The position numbers and the translations under genes were made by a program. A stretch of 64,000 bases of DNA from Parasitella parasitica NRRL 2501 (Eukaryota; Fungi; Mucoromycota). Positions 40,197 through 51,960 of the stretch are shown in pieces (position 1 is the stretch's first letter; each line of letters begins with the position of its first letter). A model generated the notes under the pieces. The model was given only the letters and a program-made list of their open reading frames with translations. It made no database searches and was not told the DNA's origin. The stretch spans positions 188,202-252,201 of the forward strand of contig MU619253.1 in assembly GCA_025201805.1 (NCBI GenBank), given 5' to 3'.

Positions 40197-41337
40197 ATGT
40201 ATATTTCATCTCTATCTATATTAGCTATTACTACAGCCTTCGCCTCGTTGGCTGTAAATGCTCAACAACTCTGTAATGGATATGCTGAATTGTGTGATAA
40301 ACCTTATAACACATTGACTTATGTCTTGACCCACAACTCATATGGTTATGAGGCTAATCCAGCCGCCAATCAAGCTTGCCCTGTAAATACACAACTCACA
40401 GATGGTGTTAGAAGTCTCAAATTATCAGCTATTAAAACTTCAAATGCGACAACTGCGACCATTTCGGCTGATAGTATTCAGCTCTGCCATACATCCTGCT
40501 CTATATTAGACGCAGGTGCTGCAGTCCATACCCTCAAAGTGATTGCAGACTGGGTAAAGAACAATCCAAATGAAGTTGTCACCATTATGTGGAATAATCT
40601 CGGTGAATTCACAACGGATGCATTTGCTGCCGCTTATAATGCCAGTGGCCTTACTGATTATGCTTATATTCAAGAATCTGGTAACTATACTTGGCCAACA
40701 CTATCTCAGATGATTACTAGCGGAAAGCGAGTAGTTAACTTCATGGACGAGGGAACCAATACCACAGCATTGCCATGGTAAGAGTGGCTCTTTGTAACGC
40801 ATATATCATTGTCTAATTAATTTCTACTCCTTTATTAGGCTTCTCCCAGAATGGAATTTTGTTTTCGAAACACCTTACAACAATCACAATGAAACAGCAT
40901 TTAATTGTGTCATTGACCGACCTTATGAGCCTCACAATCCAACTGAAGTAATGTATGTAATGAACCACTTTTTGTATGGCACATTGACTTTGGGCGCAAC
41001 TGTAATTGAAATCCCACAAAAGGGCACTGCCAATATCACCAACGGCGATTCCTCGCTTTTGAAACAAGCTGAAACCTGCTCGCAGACTTTTGGTCGCCAA
41101 CCCAATTTTTTGGAGATCGATTTTTACAACAAAGGCGATGCCCTGAAGATTGCGGCACAACTGAACAATGTTACCTACACGGCTCCATCTCAATTACAAT
41201 GCGATGTTTATGAGGCAACTGCTTCTAGCACACAGAGGGGAAGTAGCTCATCAGAAGCAAATAATCAACACATTGTCATGTATGGCACCACGCTGCTATT
41301 ATGTTTGGTGGCAACTGCTTTTTGTACTTTTTTTTAG
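40197..41337 (+). CDS. Secreted, probably GPI-anchored PI-PLC X-domain-like phosphodiesterase
   Basis: Signal peptide, CNGYAELC, THNS, QLTDGVRSL, LCHTSC, NPNEVVT, MNHFL, PNFLEIDFY, Ser-rich linker and hydrophobic C-terminus. Intron at about 40778-40839. Confidence 0.88.
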
Positions 41338-42620
41338 ATGGTTACAATTTACTTTATATTTTTCTTGTATTTCTATTTTTATATACACACCTGTTACATA
41401 TGTATACAGTAAAACAAGATCATGTTTCAGGCACACGGATAATTGTATTATGAATACATTATATAGTTGTCATTAACTTGAATGCGATAGATGCATGTCC
41501 TATAATAAATACCTGTATGAAAATTTGGCCGAAACCCCTCGTCTTACTTGGCTTGGATTAACAAATAGCAGCAGCTCTGAAAGTTAAGATGGCCTTTAAT
41601 AAAGCGCATATTATATATTTGTAAAGGGCAAATGTGATAGTATAGCCTTTGGTATCAAAGGAAAATGACCAAACCGGAAGAGAATATTGATGTTACAATA
41701 GAATCCACAGAACGATATTGGTAAGATACATAGTAAAATATTGGTAATTTATGAGAACGTGTTCTGTAGCATAATTAAGGAAACAAAACCGATTGTCTTG
41801 AATAACAATTAATAATATATGTAAAGAGAAGGCATTTGTCTTTTGTACGAGGACAAAGTAGTTTCCGCGATTATAACTAGAACAATCGGTTAGAGATTAA
41901 ACAATAACCTGAAGAATACTTGGCACCTAACAATTTATATATATACTTCTACTATTGTCATGTCGAACATGTATTGTTACAAAAACATTCAGTAATCAAT
42001 GATGGTAGCACCGTACCTAGAAATATTATTTCAGGCATTTACAGACAATCAAATGAAGAGCCTAAGCGTGCATACTATTGCTAAAATTGTATTTTTTATT
42101 ATACAAAATAACCAAATGCACGTGTTTTAAAGTAAGCAGATGTACAAAATATTTTGTACCATAAAGAACAAAAGCTGTTGCGAATTGTTTTGTATTATTG
42201 ATGTGCATTATCATCAACTTGGGAAAAAATCGACTTAAAACTTAAAACTAAGCCAAGAAGTGTACATTTGGAAGCAAGTAAAAAATATCCGAAAATATGA
42301 CAATATGATACATAATTGTGGTTACGGGCTATTAAGTTTTGTCAGACGGTTCACTTCAAAAAGCTAATATATGATGATCACTTGACGTTTTCAACATTAT
42401 AAAGAAGATCTGTGCGAAGGAGTTATTAGCCACACTGGTCAGGCATATTTTCTATTTTCTACTAATAAAAACAACGCTCAAAATTCAATGCGAAGTGTTA
42501 AGACATATGTTTTTGCTGCAAATGGTTAAAGAGAATCTCGAGTTGCTATTTTGATTAGTTAGATCAAAAGGGTATTAATGAGAATAATTCTATTATTAAA
42601 CCAGGTGTTCCAAAATGAAA

Positions 42621-42800
42621 ACATAACTTTTGATAAACACATCGCCCAGTGGAAATCAAGCTATGCGCAGATAGCGATGATCATACGTGCTTTAATGAAG
42701 CATAAAACAGGCTTTATGTTGCTCTTTATCATAGCTTATCAGCTTTTACATGCTAATTTTCATATGGCTTCTGCAGACAATTTTAGATTACAATGCAAAC
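42621..42800 (+). repeat. Dispersed degenerate repeat, copy A (homologous to 56687-56868 and about 56998-57110)
   Basis: ACATAACTTTTGATA..CGCCCAGTGGAAA..ATAGCGATGATCAT..ACAGGCTTTATGTTGCTC..TTTTCATATGGCTTCT is shared with the 56.7-kb copy. Confidence 0.8.
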
Positions 42801-43073
42801 ACATAAGAATGTTATCGCATTGCCTCCATGCAAAATTTGTTTATCCTAATATGGATGTTGCTTGGCTAGACTTTTGGAATCTCGAATGGAAACCTCGCAA
42901 TTGGACTAGTGTTGATATTACGAAATATCCTGTTCATAATTACAGGTTCTTTCCCATGACGATCTTTATACGTTTTTTTTGGCCAAGTTATTTTTTATTG
43001 TCTTTTTTTTTTTTTTTTTGGAAAAAAGATTAATGTGCATTATAACGATTGAGTAATCAAGTATTCAAGGGAA

Positions 43074-43703
43074 TTAAGCTACGCCATCCCAATAATCTCT
43101 GATCATATCAATAGGTCTCATGATAAGGCTACTAATAGCTAAGGGATAGCCTTGAGTAGGAGCACTTGGATGGGGTCTTGTAACAGTTACAGGTTTATGA
43201 GCCTTGAAAGAAGCACCCACACGTTTCAATTCATCTTCGGTGCAATGTTGAGTCAATAAAGGTAAAACCTCTTTCTCTTCTTGTTCCACATGCTTCAAGA
43301 CACCGTCCATAGCAATTTCAAGCTTGAAGTCAAATTGCTTGGGATTGGCCTTGATATCTGCATATCTGACACGATACATCAACTCACGCAACTCTTGATG
43401 TTCTGATAAACTACGGCGATATTCTTCTTCGCCGATTCCACCGCCAACTTTTTCTCTCAGTAAAGGATACATCAACAATTGCTCACACTCGTCATGTTGA
43501 ACCAGGACCTTGACCAAGCTGTTTCTCACCCTGACCTTTTCATCCAGATTAGTACAAGCTTTGTATCTTTCGAATAGAGCCTTGGCATGATTATGATCGG
43601 CAATAACCAAATCAACAATGTTTTCTGATTTTGTAAAAATGGGAGCTCCGGTTAAACCGACAGCGGCTCCAAATTTGCTTGCGGCGTTGCTAGGGTTTGC
43701 CAT
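43074..43703 (-). CDS. Hemerythrin-like HHE cation-binding protein (intronless)
   Basis: ADH, QHDECEQLLMYP, EHQEL and KHVEQEEKEVLP metal ligands, plus C-terminal TRPHPSAP. Confidence 0.88.
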   Translation of the reverse strand: MANPSNAASKFGAAVGLTGAPIFTKSENIVDLVIADHNHAKALFERYKACTNLDEKVRVRNSLVKVLVQHDECEQLLMYPLLREKVGGGIGEEEYRRSLSEHQELRELMYRVRYADIKANPKQFDFKLEIAMDGVLKHVEQEEKEVLPLLTQHCTEDELKRVGASFKAHKPVTVTRPHPSAPTQGYPLAISSLIMRPIDMIRDYWDGVA

Positions 43704-43999
43704 TTTATTTGCTTTCCAGGATGCGTTATGAAGATAAGAAGAAAAGCTGTACAAGCAGCTCACTTTATATATTTCTAAAAATTAAAATGATTATGGTATG
43801 ATAATATCATTACGAGACTCATTACAAGACAAATACGTAATGTTGATGAATCATTTACAATTACTTTTGATGGCATTTGATCTATTTCCACAAACCTTAT
43901 TGGCCATTGTTTTGAACAAAAGCATCAAAAATCCTGCAGCATACGAAAAAAAAAAAAAAAAATAACAACTGTACCTTTTTCTTTTTAGGAACCAAAACT

Positions 44000-46900
44000 A
44001 TGCCGTTTGCTTCACCATCTTTTGAAGACTTCTGCAACTTCCTCGACAAACTATCGTCTATTAAGAGTAATGAAAAAAGAAAGACATTGCAAAGCTTTAT
44101 CAACAAATGGGTGCGAGGATATGGACCTGATGTTTACGACGCGATACGCCTATTGTTTCCAAAAGTAAGGTTGAGTGCTATAAACTATATGGATGACTAC
44201 TAACTTGTAGAGCACAGGGAGATGACGAGAGAAAATACAATTTGAAAGAAGATAAGCTTGCAGCAGTCTTGATAAAAGCATTGGTTATAGACCCAACTTC
44301 TGCTGATGGTATTCGTTTGAAGAAATACAAGCAGCCAGTTGCTCATAATGAGGTAGCATTATACACAGATTTACATTGATTTATCAACTAAAACTATTCC
44401 GTAGAAAACTGCTGGTAATTTCCCTCTCATCGCATTTGAGGAAATTCAAAAGAGATCAATTGTACAGAGATCAACACAAACAGTAAGAGACACCAATAAT
44501 TATTTAGACAAATTAGCAGACAGAGAAAGCAAAGAAGATCAAACAAATATATTCAAAGAAATGCTCAACAAGTACACAGCACAGCAGGTTCAATGGATCA
44601 TTCGCATCATTTTAAAAGGTACGGGTATTAATGTTGTGTGAAAACGACGTACTGATAACAAGTTAATGCAAGATATGAAGATTCAATGCGGCGAGAAGCA
44701 GATATTGAACGCAATTTACGATGGAGCATATGACGAATGGACAGCCAACAAGTCACTGCATGCAATTTGTAAATTGGGGTCATACACTGTGGAAGGGGAA
44801 GGCGGTACAACGCTTCAAGTAAATAGACACAACGCAGACAATGCGCACTCTGAACTAAACGCTTGTACATTTACATAGAAGCAAAGACGCCAACGACTTC
44901 AATTATTCAACATGTTTATACCTCAAACATGCGATCCATTCAGCGAGAAATTATACGATCAACTAGAGAAACCTTTTTATGTAGAGAAAAAGCTAGATGG
45001 AGAACGAGTTCTTATGCACTTTGACAGGGAAAAGGATGAATTTTTATGGCATTCAAGACGAAGAATCGAAGAAAACTACTTGTACGGATCATCTTCAAAA
45101 GACATGACTAAATTGTCGGGTCATATTCACAGAGGAATCAATGCAAAAAGGTAACACGAACTACAGCTGTGTTAAAAGAAGAGATGGCTAAAAACTTTAA
45201 ACAGGATTATCCTAGACGGTGAAATGATAGCATATCACCCTGTTGAAAACATCTTTTTGGAATTTGGCACACTAAAAGATGCTGCGAAACGAGACATCAA
45301 TGATCCGGTACTTCCCCACCCTTGCTGTAATGTCATTAATTAATTAGTTTGCTTTTTCTCTTTCTCTGATCACACGACTAATATCACCCGTTGTAGTCGT
45401 TGTATTTGACATACTCATGGTGGACGACACTCCTTTGATTGAAAATAAGCTCGAAGACCGCTTGAAAGTACTTAACGCCGTTGTCAAAGAACAGAATATG
45501 CATCTAAGATTCATGAGCAGATTAGAAATGGAGACTCGAGAGGAAATCAATAGTGAATTGGAAAAAGTCTTACTGAATCGAGAAGAAGGGCTTGTTATCA
45601 AAGACAAAAGCTCCACATATCAGATTGATAAACGATCGTCGAGATGGCTGAAATATAAACCGATTTACATGGATTCTATGGTGGATACGTGCGACCTGCT
45701 ACTGGTAGGAGCAAGATACGGTAGTGGTCGTCTGGGTGGTAAATTGGGCAGCATATTATGCGCTGTTCGAGATGATAGAATTCCAGACACAGAGCCTCCA
45801 AAGTTTGCGACTTTAACATTAGCGGGCAGTATGAAAGGGGAAATCGTAAGAGAGTTGATGTGAGTAGTTTGATATCCTCCGCGTTCAGCATGCTGATACA
45901 GTATATATCACAGGCATTTGATGAAGACAGTATCAGATCATGATCCTAAAAAAATTCCAGATTGGATGGTTCACCCTAGACCAGGCGAATCGTTTGACAA
46001 AGTGGTTGATTATCAAGAGCAAGTGCTATGTATAGTTTATATTCAAGTGTGTATACACTAACAAAAAGGTGTTTTAATTAGTGGTATTGTGGTAGAGGTC
46101 AAGGGCACGGAAATTGTGGACTCCAGTAAGTGAATGACACGGGTGCACTATTCGAAATACTCATTTTTTGTATGTAAAAGCAAAGTTTGGCACACAATGC
46201 ACTTTACGATTTCCAAAATATGTTGGACTGAGATCAGATAAAGGGTGGCAAGATGTGATGACTTTTTCGGACGTGCTCAGGGCCCGCTCAGAAGGCGCTG
46301 TAGGCAAGAAAAGGGATGCTGATGACAGAATGTAAGTGTTAATGGTTCCTTTTACAGGGTGTGCATTCTGTTCTTACTATATATATAAGTGTCAGAGACA
46401 GTGGTAAAAGATCAAAAAGGGTGGGTTATCTTCGATGAAATATACACATGCAAACGTTAAATGGATTGCGTTTTCAGGGAGCATCGTTACTACCCAGTCA
46501 GCAAGGCATAGACTCGAGCAATGTCGTCCAAAAAACGTCGATATTTGAGGGCAAAGTGTTTTGTAAGTAGATTGAAAATGGATTAAAAAGTGCAAGTCTC
46601 ATATAACCATGCAGATGTCATGAATGGTACCAAACTGACGGATTATGAGCCCAGTGGCATACTAAAGAACGATTTGGACTTGCTGATTAAAGAAAATGGC
46701 GGCGAATACCGACAAAATAAAACGGCCGATGTAATTGTAGCAGGAGTTCACAGTAGGTAACGGCATAGGTGTACGGAAAAACTACTTAATTCTGATGAAA
46801 TAGACTCGCGAGTGGATAGCAGCATACAGGCAGACAAGGACCGAGATATACTACATCCTAGCTACATCTTGGATTCCATCGACGCGCAAAGATTACAGCC

Positions 46901-47562
46901 TATTGGCCCCAAGTACATGTTTTACACATCACCAAAAACTCAACAGGATTTTTTAAAAACCATGGATGAGTATGGCGATTACTACAACAAGAAGATAAAA
47001 GCTAAAGACCTGGTTGAGATTATGGACAGGATGCAAACAGAGGCGGATTTGGATAATACCCACTACCGAAATTTGGCTCTAGAAGCAACGGAACGCTATT
47101 TTCCAGAGAGTATCAACGATATGCTCTTTTTAAAATGTGTTGCCTACTTTGATTTAGATTCATCGATGCTAAATGACCAGCCTATCCCAATCACGCCTGA
47201 ATGGGTCACTTGGAAGCGGTATCATGAAGAGATAGAGTTGGGTCGATCTCTCTTTGAGTTTCAAGCAGGAAGGGTCACTACAGATACCATGGATCCAAGC
47301 ATTACACATGTTGTATTCAATCCACATGATTTATCTCGTTTGCCAAAGTTGTCAAAAGTGTTTAAACGGGAGCCATTGCCAAGATTTGTCACCTTGGACT
47401 GGGTTCATCAATGCTACAAAGAGGATGTTCATTTGGACGAGAAAGGTGAATACAGTTGTGGGATCGGTTGGAATGTGTGGACCATTCTAATTTGTAACTT
47501 TAGAGTTTGATCCAAAGTTCTGCACTCGTGTAGGCCAAGCAGCTCGTATCAATGCTATTTAA
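44000..47562 (+). CDS. LIG4: DNA ligase IV (NHEJ) with tandem BRCT domains
   Basis: EKKLDGER adenylation motif, DGEM, VVFDIL, EEGLVIK, WLKYKP, TLRFPK and BRCT segments (LIKENGG..HPSYILDSI; ITHVV..VTLDWVHQC). GC-AG intron at 46019-46081. Confidence 0.9.
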
Positions 47563-47804
47563 ATTCTGTACATTATCTTTTCCTCTATAGAAGATATGCT
47601 TTTTTTTTTTTTTTCGCAAACATGAATGAAAGGAAATTATATATATAAGATATCAAGTTGCTTTTTATTACGCTTTATATTCGATATATATATATATATA
47701 TATACGCTTAAAGTTATGTTTTATATATAGACTAAACGGGTTTTGGAAATTGGAAGCACAAGTGCTTGGGACGAGCATAGTCTTTGCTGCTGTTATCTTT
47801 ACGA

Positions 47805-48791
47805 TTATGTACGCGTACCGATTGTCCTGTGATAGTTACTTGTAGATGAGAGACATTCTCTTTGATACATGACCAAAAGCCCAACAATGAAAATTGCTAT
47901 AGTTAGAGGCTGTTCGTCGTCAGATTCTGCTATCGCCGTTGTGTTTGTTGTTGAGAATGACGCTGATGGTGTTTCTTGGAGACTTGCTGAACGAGGCCGC
48001 TGCTTATGCGCGGCTTTATGGAGAGATTGGGAAGATGAAAAAGACGGTGATAATGAATTTCTTGAGGATTGTTTGCTACATACTACTGTAGCAGAACCTC
48101 TCGCTCGGGTTTGAATGTTGTGTCTCTTTTCAACTAGCTGCTGCTGCTGCGTTGGTATCGATTGCTCATATTCACGTAGCTGGTATAAGAGCTCCATATT
48201 AGGGCGAATATTGGGAGCTTTGTCTTTAACAAATTCGAGAGCGCGATCCAAAGACCAGTTTTGTCCCGCAAAGATGCCACTGTCCATCATTATGGTAGTG
48301 TCAATTCTTTTCATGCAGCGAGTTGATTTTAAAAGGAAAGCCAATATCAATGCTGCAGAACGCTCGATACCTTGTTGACAATGAATCAAAACGATACGAT
48401 GGTGTTTGTGAGCACTGCGAATGGTGTCAACAGCTCGGTCAAACTCGGATATAGCTAGGTTGTGCTGGCTATGTGTCCATTTTATGTGATGGTAGTCGAT
48501 ATGCGGCAAGGGCGCGATGATCCTTATTTCACTGGCGACGTTAATGATACATGTGATACCATGGTGAGTCAATTGAGTGACATTGAGAGCATTGTAACAT
48601 GCACCTAGATATAAATTGGGCAAGATGCAAGCAGGGCCGTGTTGGTAAACATTGCTTGTGCTTTCTTGCATACCCGTATCTTTAGTACTATTGTAACTGT
48701 GTGGCATGCTAATGGTAGGATTTGGAGCAACATTGCCATTTCTTGGTAATGACAAATTTAGTGCTAGCTTTTTTAAATTTCTTTTACACAT
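47805..48791 (-). CDS. Dual-specificity (MAPK) phosphatase, Msg5/Pmp1-like, intronless
   Basis: GPACILPNLYLG, HCQQGIERSA active site, IRPNMELLYQL and N-terminal KRNLKKLALNL docking motif. Confidence 0.88.
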   Translation of the reverse strand: MCKRNLKKLALNLSLPRNGNVAPNPTISMPHSYNSTKDTGMQESTSNVYQHGPACILPNLYLGACYNALNVTQLTHHGITCIINVASEIRIIAPLPHIDYHHIKWTHSQHNLAISEFDRAVDTIRSAHKHHRIVLIHCQQGIERSAALILAFLLKSTRCMKRIDTTIMMDSGIFAGQNWSLDRALEFVKDKAPNIRPNMELLYQLREYEQSIPTQQQQLVEKRHNIQTRARGSATVVCSKQSSRNSLSPSFSSSQSLHKAAHKQRPRSASLQETPSASFSTTNTTAIAESDDEQPLTIAIFIVGLLVMYQRECLSSTSNYHRTIGTRT

Positions 48792-49209
48792 CTTTATCAA
48801 CGACTAAAAGAAGAAAGAGAAAGAGAAAGAGAGCGTGAGGAGGACAGAGGTAATCAATTATGGGATTTAATCAAACCATTTGCTGCATGAAGATCTTGTT
48901 AATTTAGTGTCGGCCAACCAGCGAATATATTGTTTTACAAGAGCGTATTAACTTTGGTTTTCCACTTGCAATTAATCAAACATGTCTCCTATATTTCAAA
49001 TATGTGATTTACAGCTCCTTTTTTTTAGACTCATTTTCAAGTAAGAAATGTCAAAAGCGAATGTAGACTTCGCTATGGACAAAGCTATTGTGTAAATAAC
49101 CTAATTTACATACGGTATAACGTCTGCTTGAATAGGACGGAGGATATCAGATCAACGATTTTTGAGACAAGCGTAATTTATTATTATTTCTTTTATAACT
49201 TAAAATAAT

Positions 49210-50405
49210 TTAAGCAGTAGCACCGAGAGTGGGGAAAGCAGAGGCATCTTGAAGGTTGACAGCGGGAGTAGCGGCGTTCTTGGTGGAACGGCGGTTGTTG
49301 TTGTTGCTCTTACCACCACGACCACCACGGCGATCATTCTTACGGACCTCAGGACGAGGCTTTTCCTCAAAACGTTGCTCGATTTTAACAAAGACCTTTT
49401 CCTTGCGGGTCTTCTCGGTAGTCTTTTTGACAGTCTTGGTCTCCTTGGAGACATAAAACTCTTCGAACTGCTCCTTGGAAAAGGCAACGGTGCCATTGAA
49501 AGCAGAATCATCGTTGTCGTTAGCCTTGCGGGCTTCGGGAAGAGAAACCTTCAAAGACTTGTTGGCCTTTTCAGCCAAATATTCATCCAAGGTCTTGACT
49601 TGCTCCTCCTCTTCAACGGGAGTAGCAACTTCAGCTTCAGGAGCATCAGGATCAGCAGGGCTAAGAGTGTCCTTGGCAGCTTCGGCTTCAGAAGTGCCTG
49701 CCTTACCCCAACCCTTGTTGATCTTCTTTTCAGTATCACTTTAAAAAAGATTAATGTCTCCCCTAATTGCCTCCATCCTAAGTATCATTTTTACTTACAC
49801 AACACCGGTACCGGAGTGACGATCGAATTGACGACCACGTTGAGGGCGATTGTTTTGTTGACGGGGACCCTTAGGCTTACCACCCTTGGCGCCACGAGCA
49901 ACTAGGATTGATATTAGTATTAGGTTATGTCGTGATAAAATTTTTAAATTCTTTGAAAATTGCTCCAGACATCTTTTAAAAGCCTAATGAAGAAGAAGCA
50001 CTGCTAAATGATTGCTCAATTCCAAGACTGGATACAAATTCCGAGAAATCAACAGTTAAGTCAGCAATATGTCCAAATAGCGTTTGTCCACACAGCCTAT
50101 CAAGTAAATGTGCCCTGATTATTGAAAAAATAAAAAGGTTCGATCATTTGCACATTTGACACAGACAGCTATCTGGAATGTTCAAAGTTTCCATTTGTAC
50201 GCTATGTTGAACTGCTTCTTCTTCATCAGAAACTCAAAAGATTATATAGACTAAAGAATTAGTTGCAAAAAAAAAAGAGAGATATCTTACCATCCTTGTT
50301 GGCAGCCTTAATGTCAACGACAGGAGCCTCCTCCTTGGTGGGAGCAGGGCGAGGGGTCTCACCATCACCAAGGATGTCGAAAAGGTTCTTAGAGTAAGTG
50401 GACAT
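49210..50405 (-). CDS. Stm1/SERBP1 (HABP4/PAI-RBP1 family) ribosome-binding RNA-binding protein, 3 exons
   Basis: MSTYSKNLFDIL, RQFDRHSGTG, GWG, KTLDEYLAEK, RGG box and C-terminal AFPTLGA. Introns at 49902-50290 and about 49739-49798. Confidence 0.9.
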
Positions 50406-51960
50406 TTCTATAAAAGAGCTTGTATGCGATGGATGCCTCGATCGAAGGGATGGATGGATATCGCAAAAACACAAAGGGAAGGATTCTTTTAAATGACATG
50501 ACTGATTCCAAATTTTATACAATTAAAAAATTTCCCTTTTTTTTTTGCCCGGCCCCCCCTTCCTACATATACTCCCCTTTTTGCCTATCCGAATCAGAAG
50601 AACTGAAAATGGCTTGCAAAGATGCTCGGACTTGGGGGAGGGGGGTACTTGCATTACATGTCATAGAGGCTTGTTTTTCCACCTCGCTTTGACGGGATCA
50701 GTAAAATTAAATTGAACCAGATCCGATAGTTGACTATCCAGTACATTTAGGATACTGCTATTAACATGATCGCTTCTTCAGTCGCACCAGCAACAAGGAG
50801 AGGGATGCCAATGCGTATAGATTTTCAAGTGCACCATGTTAAAATGTATTTAGATAGCATTCCCGTAGCATATGCGTTGCTTCTCCTTTAGGCTTTAGAG
50901 TTTGCAAATTGCTCAGACACTGTTCACATGTATTTACATTGAAGATTCTTCTTTCAAGCATTTATCTCTGTTTTGATTAGCTATTCGCAGAGGGTATCGC
51001 TTTCTAATTTAGAAACTATTTCATGCAGAGCTACTGCCTGCAATATAATGACATAAATATCTTTCTAATATCGTTTTAAAGAGGGAAGTGCCAGATGCAA
51101 ATAGAATACTGTTTGGAAATGCGCTATAGATGGCTTCACCATCAATTTTTTGATGCTAGCTTTATAGAGACATACAGAGTAATATCGGAGGTTTTGCTCG
51201 TGAAAGGGTTTACTTGTAAAGAAAAGAAAGGATAAGAGAGTAATTGTACTAGATTGGTAAAGCTAAATACAGAAAATGGATATAAAAATATAATATAGAT
51301 ATAGGCAGCAATGTAAAATAAGTTATAGGCTTATATCTTTGACATTTGGTTGTTGTCATGGCAACGGGCATGGAATAAACATAGTAATGGATGAAATGGA
51401 GACGATTTACTAAGAGTGAAAACCAGCATTTTGTAGCCGATCATGGGTAGTCAATTGAACCAACGTTGTTTTCTTTCTTTTCCTTAAATAAACTCTATTT
51501 CTCAATATACTATAGCATAAACCCAGGACTGGGCTACTTGACCCCACTTTTATGATTTTGAATACATCAAACCCAATATAGGTTTCAGTGTTTTGTATTC
51601 GCCCTTGACAATCAGCAGCCGTACCCATTTTTTTTATGAAAGCTTTGGCAGCACGAGGTATAAGTATATCTGATTTATCAAATGGGTTCCTCGGTTTTTT
51701 TTTTTTTTGGGATAAACATTCCTTATCAAGGAGTATACAGAGCTGTTCGTAGCCGCATTTACTGATGGAAAGTATACACAAGAAAGCGAGGATAAAGAAT
51801 TATACAACTATCCATGTAGATAAAACTCTCTTGTTGCCAAACTGTTCATTGATGTGATGTGTCAACATTGTCGCACTGGGCAAGTTCTACATCGTGACCT
51901 TTAAAAGGTAACAAGCAATGGGGGAAAAGTTTTTGGCGTTTCTTCGATACTTAATAAAAC

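Noticed and set aside
50058-50150. Box C/D snoRNA in the STM1 intron (AUGAUCG...CUGA on the minus strand)
   Set aside because: Box C is imperfect and I could not match a guide to rRNA from memory. The long-hairpin reading explains more of the sequence.
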